This document shows positions 13,514 to 53,446 of a stretch of 64,000 bases of DNA, in pieces. Source of the DNA: Botryllus schlosseri (taxonomy: Eukaryota). The notes beneath the pieces are model-generated. The model was not told the DNA's origin, ran no database searches, and worked only from the letters and a program-made list of their open reading frames with translations. The stretch covers positions 33,172,001 to 33,236,000 of the forward strand of contig CM119372.1 of the NCBI GenBank assembly GCA_051294905.1. Reading direction: 5' to 3'. Each line of letters opens with the position of its first letter. Within the stretch, counting starts at the first letter, position 1. A program made the translations under genes and the position numbers.

Positions 13514-16242
13514 GAATGACATGAAGTCTTTCAACCAGACAGCTATTTGGTTAAGGTCATAATATATCTAGAAAGGGTTTGTGTTGAATCCAGTCCAATC
13601 TGGTGTAGTTTTGGTCGCTAAATGTCGAAAATAATAATGATAGAACCATTGTAGTTGGTGATAAGGATTGAATCATAATTTCAGCACTTCCATCACGAGG
13701 ACAAGACGCCAAGAAATAGCATCATTTTCGTCGGCTAACAGCTCTTTGATATCCATATGGTTGATTTAAGTTGATATGGATACTTTCACCATCCTCGTTG
13801 TACGTCCAGAGACGAAATTAGGTCCATGTTTAGTCCAGTCCCATAGTAAAGTATATAACAACAAAACAGATTTGGGTCGAGTTACCTTTGTCGCCACCGC
13901 GAGTTCAAAATGAAGTGGAACAGCCCCATTGCACATCGTTAAGTTATGTTCATGTCCTGTCGATAAGCTTGTTAATCAGCCTTACGCCGGTTCGCACCAC
14001 GGAGCTTTATAAACACCCCACATCCAGTGGTTTCCAACCTTTTATGGTAGCGACTCAATCTCCAATTTGAAAATGTTCCGTGGCCCAGATCAAAATTTTA
14101 CGAGCTGATTACTAAAAGAAGTCAGCACCTTTGCCCAGACTTACTCACGGGCTATTTTGTGACTGATTACGTTCAACATATTCGCAAACCCATAATGAAG
14201 GCAAACGACCCCTCCCCTCGTTTGGAGTCACTATATTTGAATAAAGCATTTAAACGGCCTTAACGATCTCTAGGAATATACCGTTCTCCTATAATTGCGA
14301 TTACAATTTGGCTTATTCCAGTAAACGAAGGTCGTTTTTATTTATATTTTATGGCAGTTTTTGCGAGGGTGGTAAGTCTCCATATTAAAATCATTAAATG
14401 TGAATGTAAGTCGCGCGCAGCGCGAAGAAAAATATCATATATCAGCATAAATATTCCCAAACAATATTGTTTTTATGCTGATTTACGAAAAAAATCATGA
14501 GCCTACGTCAAAATTCCGGACATTTGGCATATTTTAGAAATTCCTCCCAGACGCTAGTTTGAACAGTGAAATTCCGGACATGTCCGGGAAATTCCGGACG
14601 TATGGCAACCCTAGATAGCCTACATACTATGGACCAAACGTTATATCGCAATTCGTAGTTCAGATTTGGAATCTTCGGTACTGTCACCCGCTTATACCAT
14701 GTTAGCGTCACATTTTCCTAAATAAGTTGTCTCATGATGCAATCGTATATATGTTTCGAATACGCAACGCCTCTAGGCACAAGTCGCAAGTTCAAGTACG
14801 CAAAATATAAATCAGAAATGACTATAGACCTATTCGTCGGTCCGTAAGGTGCTTTTACCTCCAAAATCTTATATCACTGTGGAGGAGTGACGTAGCCTAA
14901 GCCATCTATCTGCTAGTCATCTTACGGTAGACACCGTTAAGCATGTGAATTATACTGAACGATAACCGTCTCGAGTTTCACGAATATCTATGGGCACTAT
15001 AGCAGTGGCACACGAAGAGCGCGTGCGTGGCCAAGTTTACTGAGACTGCCTAGCACAGACAGCAAGCTAAGCTCTCTAAACCGGCATTTGTATACCTATT
15101 TAGCTATGGCCAACGAAGTATATTCGGAATCTCAGCAACGACCAAGTTCGATTGTCAGTTTTCGTAAATTTCCCACGCGGGAAAATGCTCGGAGCTGTAG
15201 ACAATCTGCGATTGTAACCCTCTGAGATTTGTTGATTGGCGGTGCTGCGAAAAATTAGACTTGTGAAAAGCATATAGAGTAGCTATGAGATTCGTTTGTA
15301 TTGGATGTATTCGAGGTGCGCAGTAATGCAGGGAATGTGAAAAGAAAGTGCAATGAGGACTGCCGTTTACCATAGACAAGTGTTTAGTCCGTGCGTTGCA
15401 GGCCTTATGGACGTAAGCTCAACTGCGGCCCAGTCCGTTATCTCACCTCGCTGTATTTGATTATATTTATAAAGCAGTATGCAACCAAGGTGTCATTTAT
15501 ACTAGTACTACCCATTTAAGTTATTGGCTATCCAGAAGCATTATATAATGAGGCTAAATCTAATCGACATCAAGTATTGTATACGTTGGCAAGTATTATA
15601 CTACATACCTTGGCGCAGTATCGCGATTGCATTACTTTCACGTGCAAGACGGGGCTTGGTAACGCAAGATTTTTCAACGATAGCAATCGGTAATCAAAAT
15701 CACTAATCAGTGTTGAATCTGTTGATACTAAGTCATAATAGGCACACTGTCGATAGGCGGGTATTCGTGTGTGAAGCACGCTCGGATGCGGTTTGCACAG
15801 GAGGCATGGCAGAACCTTAGTAGGGGACTTGGGGTGAAATTGGTCACTCAAGTACTCGACTGATAATGCAGTCACTCGAATAGAATAGGCTAATTCTGCA
15901 CCAACTTATAGCTGGATTTTATTGGAAAGTCAATTGACTGCAAAAGAATGACGGCACAAAAAAGTTGATTGCATATCAGGCATTGAAGTGGCGTAGGCCT
16001 ACTAGTCCGACCAAGAATCGAAATGGTATAGTTTCAGATATATTAGCAAGCGGAATGGTTGCAAACCAACTCCGTAAACTGTACAGAAGCCATCTAATTT
16101 GAAGTGAGAATGCTTTCTTACAGTTTCTTGTAGTTAATGTAAATACGTTGTTACCTTTGCGAGCCTACTGAATTTTGGATGCATCAGGGAATCGTTACAG
16201 TCGAAGATTGGTTCAAATTGCTTGATATTGACACGCAGTGTG

Positions 16243-18441
16243 ATGGATGACGGAGACAGTACAAGTCAAAATTTTGGAAATATGGATGACGTGGTTCTAG
16301 AGTGTTTAGTCAGCCCCTCCCCTGTTGCTACTCTTCCATGGCTGCAGGATTGCAGTTTGAATAAATCGCACTCACTACCAGCCAAACGAGACGTAAACGC
16401 GAATGATAACTATGAGGCATTTCGGATTGCTTTGAAGAAAGCTAACGGACGAAGAGAGCTGATTGAAGCTAATAGGGCCAGTACAAATCATGAATTCTCG
16501 AAAGCTTTCCAAGCACTCTGTGATGAGATCTCGCGTACGAGTGCTTTTGATACGATTACAACAAAAAAGCGAGGCCAGCATGTACCTGATGTTTGCGTTG
16601 ATCGCTCAGACATTGGCAACCCGCCATTATCCGAATTGAATAACCGCGAACTAGTTCCTGGTCAGTCGAAAACCTCTCACGGTGACTTTAACATGAATTG
16701 CCTCGATCAAACTACGAAACTAGAAAGTGTGATAGCACCGAACGCGTTATTCCAAAACTACACACAAAATGATGCTATCTCGAAGAATGGCGGAAGCTTT
16801 GGACACGAGTTATTGTCTTCCGAAAAGATCGACCCTTCTGCAGTATCCAGGAGCGCACCTAAAATCCGGGATAGGCTCGTTCAATCTCAAAATCCAGCGA
16901 GTCTGATTGCGCCGAAAGTAGTACAGGATTTATCCGAAAACACCGGAAGAAACGACCTCTTTCCGAAGAATGACGCTAGCTTAGCACAAGGGATTGATGC
17001 TTCAAAGACTGGTCCCTTCACAGAATCTATTGGTGCAACTAAGATACCGAATTGTGTCGATCAAGCTACAGGTGTAATTGCACCAAAAGCATCAAAGGCT
17101 TTATACAAAGACAACAGTAGAAACGATCTCTTTATAAGGAATGGAGCTAGCTTTGCACAACCTATCGATGCAACGAAGAAATCATATTCCGCCCACTGTA
17201 ACGACGCAGCTATCGTCCCGACATGTGGTCGCAATAGAACGTACGTTTCGGTCATGGAGACTTACCACGATCCGAGACTGGATACATCGCGACCTGACAG
17301 TGAAGTTCCTACTCTTAGCCCACCATGCGACGACACACTTATAATTGTACCGACAGCGGCTTCCAATCGTCTATCGACTCGTGATCATGATGCTAGCCAA
17401 TCCCCGAATACCGCTGCTGGATGTGCCTCAAATGAACCTACCCAGCCCCCAAAATCTCCCTCGAAGACATCGGAATATTTTAGCATTAATCTGCCTTCCA
17501 ACATAGCAATGAGTGTTCGTGCACCTGACGCTCAGTTGCTCTCTAGTGAAATGACCGGCAAGGGAAATGCTTGTATTCCACAAAATGAAACATCCTCATA
17601 CGGTGTGAAGCTCGCTACAGGTACTTCGCACGAGTGTCGACCCGGCCGACCGCGCAGCGATACCAGTGCCATTCACTCAACGCAAAATGAATTCGTGGAG
17701 GTGGAAATCAAAGTGGAATCAGCATCCAGAGAGTCCGCTATTCCTAGATCCCGCCAACATTCATCAGTGCTGTCCACGTACGATTCCTTCGCAGGGTGTA
17801 TTGCTGACGACATGTCGCATCAATCCACGCCTCACAAATCGCCAAGAAGTAACATGGCGGCGTCCGAAAACCCACTACTTGCCAACCAAGCTCACAACAC
17901 TGCGATAATACTGCAGCAGCCCAAGATTGGAAACAACCTCAACCCACCGGACAAGGAAAACGAGAGACCGTGCACCGTCGTCACAATGAAATACGAGGCC
18001 GCGTCGTCCGCAACGGCCGTGGATTACAAAGGTCCAAAACTGTACAAAGAGTTCACCTACAAAATCAACAAGCACATCATCAACAACGCAATTTGTCACA
18101 ATTGCTTGCCCGGGAAAGTGAACGAAAATACCCGCACCTCGGTAATCTCGACGTTGGAAGCCTCCGAATGCAGGCACTTCGTGATATTATTTCGCGACAC
18201 TCAATGCAAATACCGCGCGTTATATTCCTACGACTTGGATGAGAACAAATTGTCGAAATTAATCGGCAACGGTCCGAGCACAATTGCGCCGTCCTCGATC
18301 GACTATATGTTCAAGTATAACTCTGGACGCAAGTCGTTCACGAAGCTGTCGTCCAAGACGCTGTCGTTGAGCATTGACGCCGTTGCGATTAAGAACGCGC
18401 TGTGGCAGACTGTGAAACGTGGAAATACAGTCAGAAGATGA
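16243..18441 (+). CDS. Intronless CAMSAP/Patronin-like protein: long low-complexity region plus C-terminal CKK domain (about 18031-18420); no CH domain
   Basis: 732-codon ORF from the first ATG. The C-terminus GPKLYKE..NKHIINNAICHNCLPGKVNE..FVILFRD..CKYRALYSYD..GPSTI..MFKYNSGRKSFTKLSSKTLSLSIDAVAI..LWQ matches the CAMSAP CKK consensus. Candidate AATAAA at 19093. Confidence 0.88.
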   Translation: MDDGDSTSQNFGNMDDVVLECLVSPSPVATLPWLQDCSLNKSHSLPAKRDVNANDNYEAFRIALKKANGRRELIEANRASTNHEFSKAFQALCDEISRTSAFDTITTKKRGQHVPDVCVDRSDIGNPPLSELNNRELVPGQSKTSHGDFNMNCLDQTTKLESVIAPNALFQNYTQNDAISKNGGSFGHELLSSEKIDPSAVSRSAPKIRDRLVQSQNPASLIAPKVVQDLSENTGRNDLFPKNDASLAQGIDASKTGPFTESIGATKIPNCVDQATGVIAPKASKALYKDNSRNDLFIRNGASFAQPIDATKKSYSAHCNDAAIVPTCGRNRTYVSVMETYHDPRLDTSRPDSEVPTLSPPCDDTLIIVPTAASNRLSTRDHDASQSPNTAAGCASNEPTQPPKSPSKTSEYFSINLPSNIAMSVRAPDAQLLSSEMTGKGNACIPQNETSSYGVKLATGTSHECRPGRPRSDTSAIHSTQNEFVEVEIKVESASRESAIPRSRQHSSVLSTYDSFAGCIADDMSHQSTPHKSPRSNMAASENPLLANQAHNTAIILQQPKIGNNLNPPDKENERPCTVVTMKYEAASSATAVDYKGPKLYKEFTYKINKHIINNAICHNCLPGKVNENTRTSVISTLEASECRHFVILFRDTQCKYRALYSYDLDENKLSKLIGNGPSTIAPSSIDYMFKYNSGRKSFTKLSSKTLSLSIDAVAIKNALWQTVKRGNTVRR
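16729..17230 (+). repeat. Three ~57-58-aa coding repeats within the CKK protein
   Basis: Units start at 16729 (VIAPN..QNDAISKNGGSF), 16903 (LIAPK..RNDLFPKNDASLAQGIDASK) and 17074 (VIAPK..RNDLFIRNGASFAQPIDATK). Confidence 0.8.
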
Positions 18442-19820
18442 TTCAAATAGCAGAATTATAACCTCTACGCTAAGGCATGTAGTTAAGTGCGCTTGTGAGA
18501 GTGTTTGAATACCGTCTTTCGAAATCTTTCGCAACTGACTCTATGGTGAAAAAAGTCGCACAGTTTCGAGTATTTCGTGTTTTGCAGTCCCTTTCGTTAT
18601 ATTCCAACCTTTTTGAAAATATCTTCCAACAAGTTGTCCTGTTGGAAAATGCATTTTGTATTCGTTGCACCCGTCTTTTTCCCGATAAATATGATTAGAT
18701 TACAATGACTTGACTTGATTTCTTCGTACGATGGTCAGGAAATTGATTTTGATTTCCGATACAAATACCTTTCTGATATTGTTGGGTACCGACATCATTA
18801 CCTCGTGTCGTAGTGGGAGCAATTTCTGCAATCATTTATTTTGATTCCTTGAAGTCGATTCAGAAAGCCATCTATAAATAGCTTCGGCACCTTGTATTGG
18901 GAATGTGAATGTAAGTAGTAAATGCAAGACAGCTTTTCCAGTATTTCAACGACTGTGGTAAAACACTATACGTGAGAGCTATTTCTTATAGATTTCGTAG
19001 GTCGCAATTTCGAATTTCTTTTCGCTGATATTTTGCGATGATTTTTGAAGTAAAATCGTTCACCTCTTTCATTCGTGTCACGTAAAATGCACAATAAAAT
19101 ACAAACTGCGACAGTGGCGGCTCGTGACAATATCGGGTGGCGGGGCAAGGGGTGTACGCGATTTTTATTGTCTAAATGACGTCACAATAGTGTATTCCGA
19201 CGTGAAAATGTGACTTCGTGGTGACCACACACAGTTTGTATGGGGTATAGACATATTACGCATGGCTAACAAGGCGTACGTATTTCAAATTATTCGAAAG
19301 AAAATATGAAGGACGGTAGTTCATACCTGCATATGCATATTTTAACGTTTGTATCAGTGAGCCTACTGCGCGCGGCGTGATTTCAAATGTTCAATGACGA
19401 GTTCATTGAAATCTGGAATACCCAGAAACGCATCTAACGCATCGAGCCTAATTACTGCAGCAAAGTTGATAGAAAGCGATTTTTCAACTATAGGAATTTT
19501 AAAAGTTCACTAGTGGTTACTACTTTTGAAAAATATGTATTGGAATATAAACAAGTCAACTCGAGTCGAGCAAAGTCGACCATCGGGTGATATCGAGACA
19601 CCGTTTGCAGTAGACCACATGCTTCAGGCCACGATACCCAATTTCCGTCGAACTGGACACACTGCCCCTGGCACTAGCAGTGTTAAAGTGTATAACAAGG
19701 CGTCCTTAGACTTGCATATACGTCAGCCATTCATTTTTGTCGAAATACGTTGGAAAAATACAAGAGTGCGCTTTCCTCCCGCGTACGATTAGATCAATGG
19801 ATAATTTCCAGTCTGATAAG

Positions 19821-19993
19821 CAATGTTCCCTCTAATCTGCGCACGTGCGCAAATGCGCAGTGCTGATACGGTCTCTGCGCACAAAAAATCCGAAGTGATG
19901 ACCTTTTTTTAGTCGTTACGCACTGTTGTCCAAGGGTCTGGGCAGTGAGTTGGTGATTGTGCGCAGACTCGTCAAAAATTAGAGGGAATATTG
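19821..19993. mobile_element. Small MITE (CAATGTTCCCTCTAA TIR); second copy at 5313-5459
   Basis: Perfect TSD CTGATAAG. Confidence 0.85.
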
Positions 19994-20421
19994 CTGATAA
20001 GGACCGAGTTTTGCGTAAAAACACTGAATTTTGCGTAAAATATATTGAGGAATAGACTGATCAATCATTTAGCTGTTAGCCGTCATTGAAAACGAACTAG
20101 CTATCGCGCTTGACAGGGGGTTGTAAGCAAATGGTCTGAAGGCCACAATTTCACGGTGAAATTGACATTGGACAATATAAAATAAAGTAAATATTTGAAT
20201 GCAAACCGAGAATCTTAGTAAACTGTTTCATGAGATCATAATCTCATCACCTATCTCAGTATGAAACACAGTTAAATTTATTAGCACAGACCAACACTGG
20301 CTTTTGCGTGAAATCCACGATGCGGTAGTTAGGCCTACGTGTCAGATCAGCGTAGGCTACATCTCTACCATACTCGACCTCGATAACGAAATTACTGTCC
20401 TAATCTTTGAGTGTCAACCTC

Positions 20422-20754
20422 GGGACTTGGCACAGCGTTCGATACTAGAATCAAGACATACCGTCCAAAAATTTATGACCGATGAAGGTATGGAGCATCG
20501 TTAGAGTGAATAGAGACCGATAGCGGTTTTGCGTAAAATCTGTTAGCGATAAATAGCGAGTCAGCTCTCACTCGATTAAGGTAACGAAATGAACGCCCAC
20601 ATAGTTCAGTGATACACTTGAGACTTGGTATAGCGTTCGATACTAACAGTAAGACTTACTATGCCCATTGCCCAATGTTACGACCGATCTCGGTATGGAA
20701 CATCGCGAAAATCAATGGAGACCAATACCCGGCTTTGAGTAAAATCTGCTTGCG
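20422..20754. repeat. Degenerate direct duplication, period ~200 bp
   Basis: gacttgg..agcgttcgatacta..gaccgat..ggtatgga.catcg..gagacc..gtaaaatctg occurs twice. Confidence 0.7.
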
Positions 20755-21920
20755 TTTATGATACTTGACGGATCAGCACACAGACAACTTTGGAAACGAA
20801 ATTAATACCCTAAACTTCAAGTAGCAACCCTAAAACTTTGTAGCAGTGTTAAATACCACCATTACACATAACATACCTATAGTTTCAAGAATTATCATTT
20901 TGCGAAACAGAGCCGTAACAACACCTCGTCAGCCCCCCCCCAAACGTTGGCCTTCGGCCCCCAAATATGATGATAAACCGAGCTTCTGGGGGGCGGGGGC
21001 TGCACCCCCAGACCCCCTTAGGTTATACACTGCTTATCGCTACTTAACATCTACATTGGGGCCGTCAGCTGAATCAGCTTTTCACACCTGCACGCGCGAA
21101 ACGCGAGGAAATTCTATAATTCACGATTGAATCGGTCAATATGATCGGGAATAGCATACATAGCCTATTGCTACCAATTTTCATCCTCTCTCTGCTCACG
21201 TATTCAGATTAATAGGTAGAGCTGAGTGATATGTGCTTGAAAAGGTAGGACCCCTCAATAATAATGAAACATCTTCGGGCGTATAGGCTACCCGTTGGCA
21301 GGAACGAAACAGCACTTCGTCAGCCCCCCCAAAAAAACTTGGGTCTTGGGCTCCAATAGGGTGATAAACCTACCCCCAATCACGTTGTTCGCTTTTGCCA
21401 CGCACAGACGTATTTCAGTGAGCCAGCGCGAAGCGCGCAAATTTTCGATAATTCATGATAAAATCGGTCAATAAGAACGGGAATTGCATATATATTGCTA
21501 TCAATTTCTTGTCCTCTCTGCTCACGTAATCAGATTTACCGGTAGAGCTGAGTGAGGTGTTATGGAAACTGTAGGGCCCGTTGGTAACATATGTTATTTC
21601 GTGACCTCCTGTCTGCTATATCAAAAATATAGAATCGCCCAAACGTAGGCTACTAAACTAAAAGACGCACACGATTTCAAATTGGTATTTCTTCACTGGC
21701 ATATAATATTTCCCTGCGGGATGGTATTTGTCTTGTGAGGTTCAGATTGCCAAGACAGGAACATTCGGCGCCAGCAATTTAGGCGCCTAATTAAACCTAA
21801 ATGTATTTTGTAGATATAGGATAACGAAGTTTTCGGTCAGCATAAGTAGGACAGTCCTTTTCGGCCAAGGTATTCTCGCTGTCGATCGTTCTGGCACACT
21901 TCTTGGAGTCGCATGTTACA

Positions 21921-22040
21921 TAGGCTTACCATATTTTGGAAATCAAAAAAGAGGACACTTTTTCAGAAATTTGCAAGTTGCAGAACCGGAGAGAAATTCT
22001 CAAAATTCGGTTAATTTCTCCCCACTTTGTGATCGGTTGA

Positions 22041-22073
<33 letters not shown>

Positions 22074-22298
22074 TCATCTTTTCGCTCAGAGCCAAAATCA
22101 CCGTTTTTCACCCGTCGGAGCTTCACGTCTGTGCTAATATGTGGCATATCACTCGCAATTTGCTCTAAATCTGCTCTAAATCCTTAAAAAGAGGACAAAA
22201 TCTCAAAAAAGAGGACAAAAGGGCGTCCTCCGAGGACACTTTCAAAAAAGTCAAAAAAGAGGACAAATCCTCTTAAAAGAGGACGTATGGTAAGCCTA
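21921..22298. mobile_element. Same MITE family, nested inside an older repeat
   Basis: TIR taggcttaccata/tatggtaagccta; perfect TSD ATGTTACA; the empty site is seen in the paralog near 8260-8275. Confidence 0.9.
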
Positions 22299-24881
22299 AT
22301 GTTACATGGCCTAAAACTTTATATGTCTTGTCTTGGTGCGTCGTGGTCCGGTAATGGCTGACGCGGATATGCCCTTTTCTATAAATCACCAGCTAGGTTC
22401 TTGGCAGACAGCAAATGAACCCGGTATCTGAGGTAGGCTAACCCTGCTACTACGCTCGCCATCGATAGAATCGTATGGTCACAGAAGTCACAAATCATCA
22501 TCATGTTACTATTTGAAACGAGGCCTATGGAGTCCGAGTTTTGTGTTGATAGAGTGAGAAAAAGATTTCATCAATCTTTGGAGTCGGGAAACACACTATG
22601 GCTGAAGTCGGAGCTTGTTAAAATACTCCCACCCCGACTATATTTAAAATCGAACTCAACGTTGCAAGAAACGTTCTAAAACCTAATTTATTTCTGCATG
22701 CTGATTCACTTGATATAACTTACCAAAATGTAACTTTAGCGTATAACGTCCCTAGTTGAATTCGCAGTTTTGTGAATAGGCTAGAAACGAGTGTTTCAGA
22801 AGTAATAAAGGTAAAGTAAGCATACTCCACCGCGCCGTTTGAAACTAGATCGAAACGAATGAATACCTTTGGCTTTAGAAAATTCTTCCGCGCCACCAGA
22901 CACCTCGCGGGTCGCCTGTTCTAAGCCTTCCTAAGCTTGGCCTCACCTGCATTACTTTTGCTACAGCTCAACTAGTCTCTCCTTCAAACACTGACATCAA
23001 ACAGAATCGCGCTGCTCAGACGTGGGCTACAGCCAGCAACTCTATTCGCATTCGCAATCCATTCAGAGAACGTAATCGGAACATCTCAACGCAGTAGAAA
23101 TTGCATCAGCGCTCGAAACAGCATAGAAAGACTTTTCATTCGCACGGCAACAGTAATTTGAGCAGCTTAGGTTAATTGCAACCGGTCCGCGAAAGGCGCA
23201 AATCCACACACTTTCACGTTACGCAACGGTGACACCGACAAAAACCCGAGATAGTATTTGCAAAATGCCTCATATTGTCTTACGCAATGCCAGATAACGG
23301 TACTAATTTCAATAGCAAAAATTTAGTGTGTCACAACATGCTTAGTGCCTACAAACGCACGGATCAATCATCCACATTCCACAATGTTATGGCCAGAACC
23401 ACACGGATTAAGTATTTCAGTTACCGCGCCAGAAGAATTGTATGCACGCGAGACGGAAAATTAAAGACGCGTGTTAACGTCACAATTAACTGTAACGTCA
23501 CTGTGTCGCGCTTCCGATATCTTCGTAAATTCACAACACACGTCTAAGATCCATTGCGATAGTGCTAAGCAATAACCACATGGACGCATTCGTCCTGTAT
23601 TAATCAGGTTACAATCCCCACACCATAACAGTGCAATCAATCTCCAAACAACGATTTTGTAATATCGTCAATATCAACCGTATTTTACCGAAATTAAACG
23701 GAAAATCTCAAGCAATGTCGCCATATTTTGACCCAGTATTGCCAAGATCGAAAGAAAAGGTAAAAACGTAACCCTCTGGCACACTATGGGAAGAGGTTGA
23801 CTTCTGTACAATCGTAGCAGCATAAAAATAAATTCAGGTGTAGGTGTAGCTCACACTTGAGGGTTAACGTCGGCACGGCTGCATCAGCATCTGAATGAAT
23901 CCATCTAGTCTTAAATTAAAAACTTTTTATCAATATCTCTACATAATATAAATATAACAGATGAGCAGTATGCAATCAGTCCACACCGCGACGAAGATAT
24001 AAATAGCCATATCCGAGTGGTTCTTTAGCAAGGGTTACACAGTACAACCAAAGATGGGCAATTTTATAAATTGTTTTACGTTTCAATGGGGGAATAAAGA
24101 AATAAACAATTTTCCGATTTCAAAGCGAATCCAACAGATAGATGTTAGGATCAGGTGCATAAATACTATTACAGGTGTCTATTTGTTTTACCGGTAACAG
24201 TATATAGATTGATTCGTACCCAGGATTCAGTACATTTGTCATAGTTAGTTTGCTCCGTTCTGTTTTTCGGCAGGGGGTACAAAGAGGATGAATGGAAACG
24301 GTTGCAATTTGACAAGCCAAGCTCGTTTACTCGTGGCATTCAAATGGGACATTAGCAGGTCTGTAACTCACTTCACTAGAGTATGGTAATAGAAAACAGG
24401 TTACTACCAGGTTAGTTTGTATCATCAACTTACGGGGCAGGCGATGTTACTCTACAACAGGCTAAGGTCGCAAAAACAGAAAGAAAATGGTGAAAGATCC
24501 TACATTTTTGATGTGCTGTTCGGAAGGTCTCCCGGCACTTATAAAACAAATTCAGAGTCCAATTAAACATATGAGCTATCGATTTCAATATCAACATTTC
24601 AGGCGAGTCAGGCACCAGCACCTCACCCCACCGACAGACACACGGGACTGCATCTCGATTTACACGAATCACAGAACGTAAATTACCTAAAAACCAAACG
24701 CATGCAGCTTGTTGTTTTTGAAAAAACACACAGGTACGGGAGAACGGCAACTCGACAAATAACAATTACAAGACGTAAACAAGAAATCGACTGCGACGGT
24801 AAGAAAAGTGTTTTGTCCTTTGCAGTCTCGCAGTGTCTCGGGGAGAGTCCAAACATGAGGGGCTGCGGCGCGCGTGCCCGT

Positions 24882-53446
<28,565 letters not shown>

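Noticed and set aside
16222..16242. ORF-track start of the CKK protein at 16222
   Set aside because: It is a TTG codon; the first ATG is at 16243
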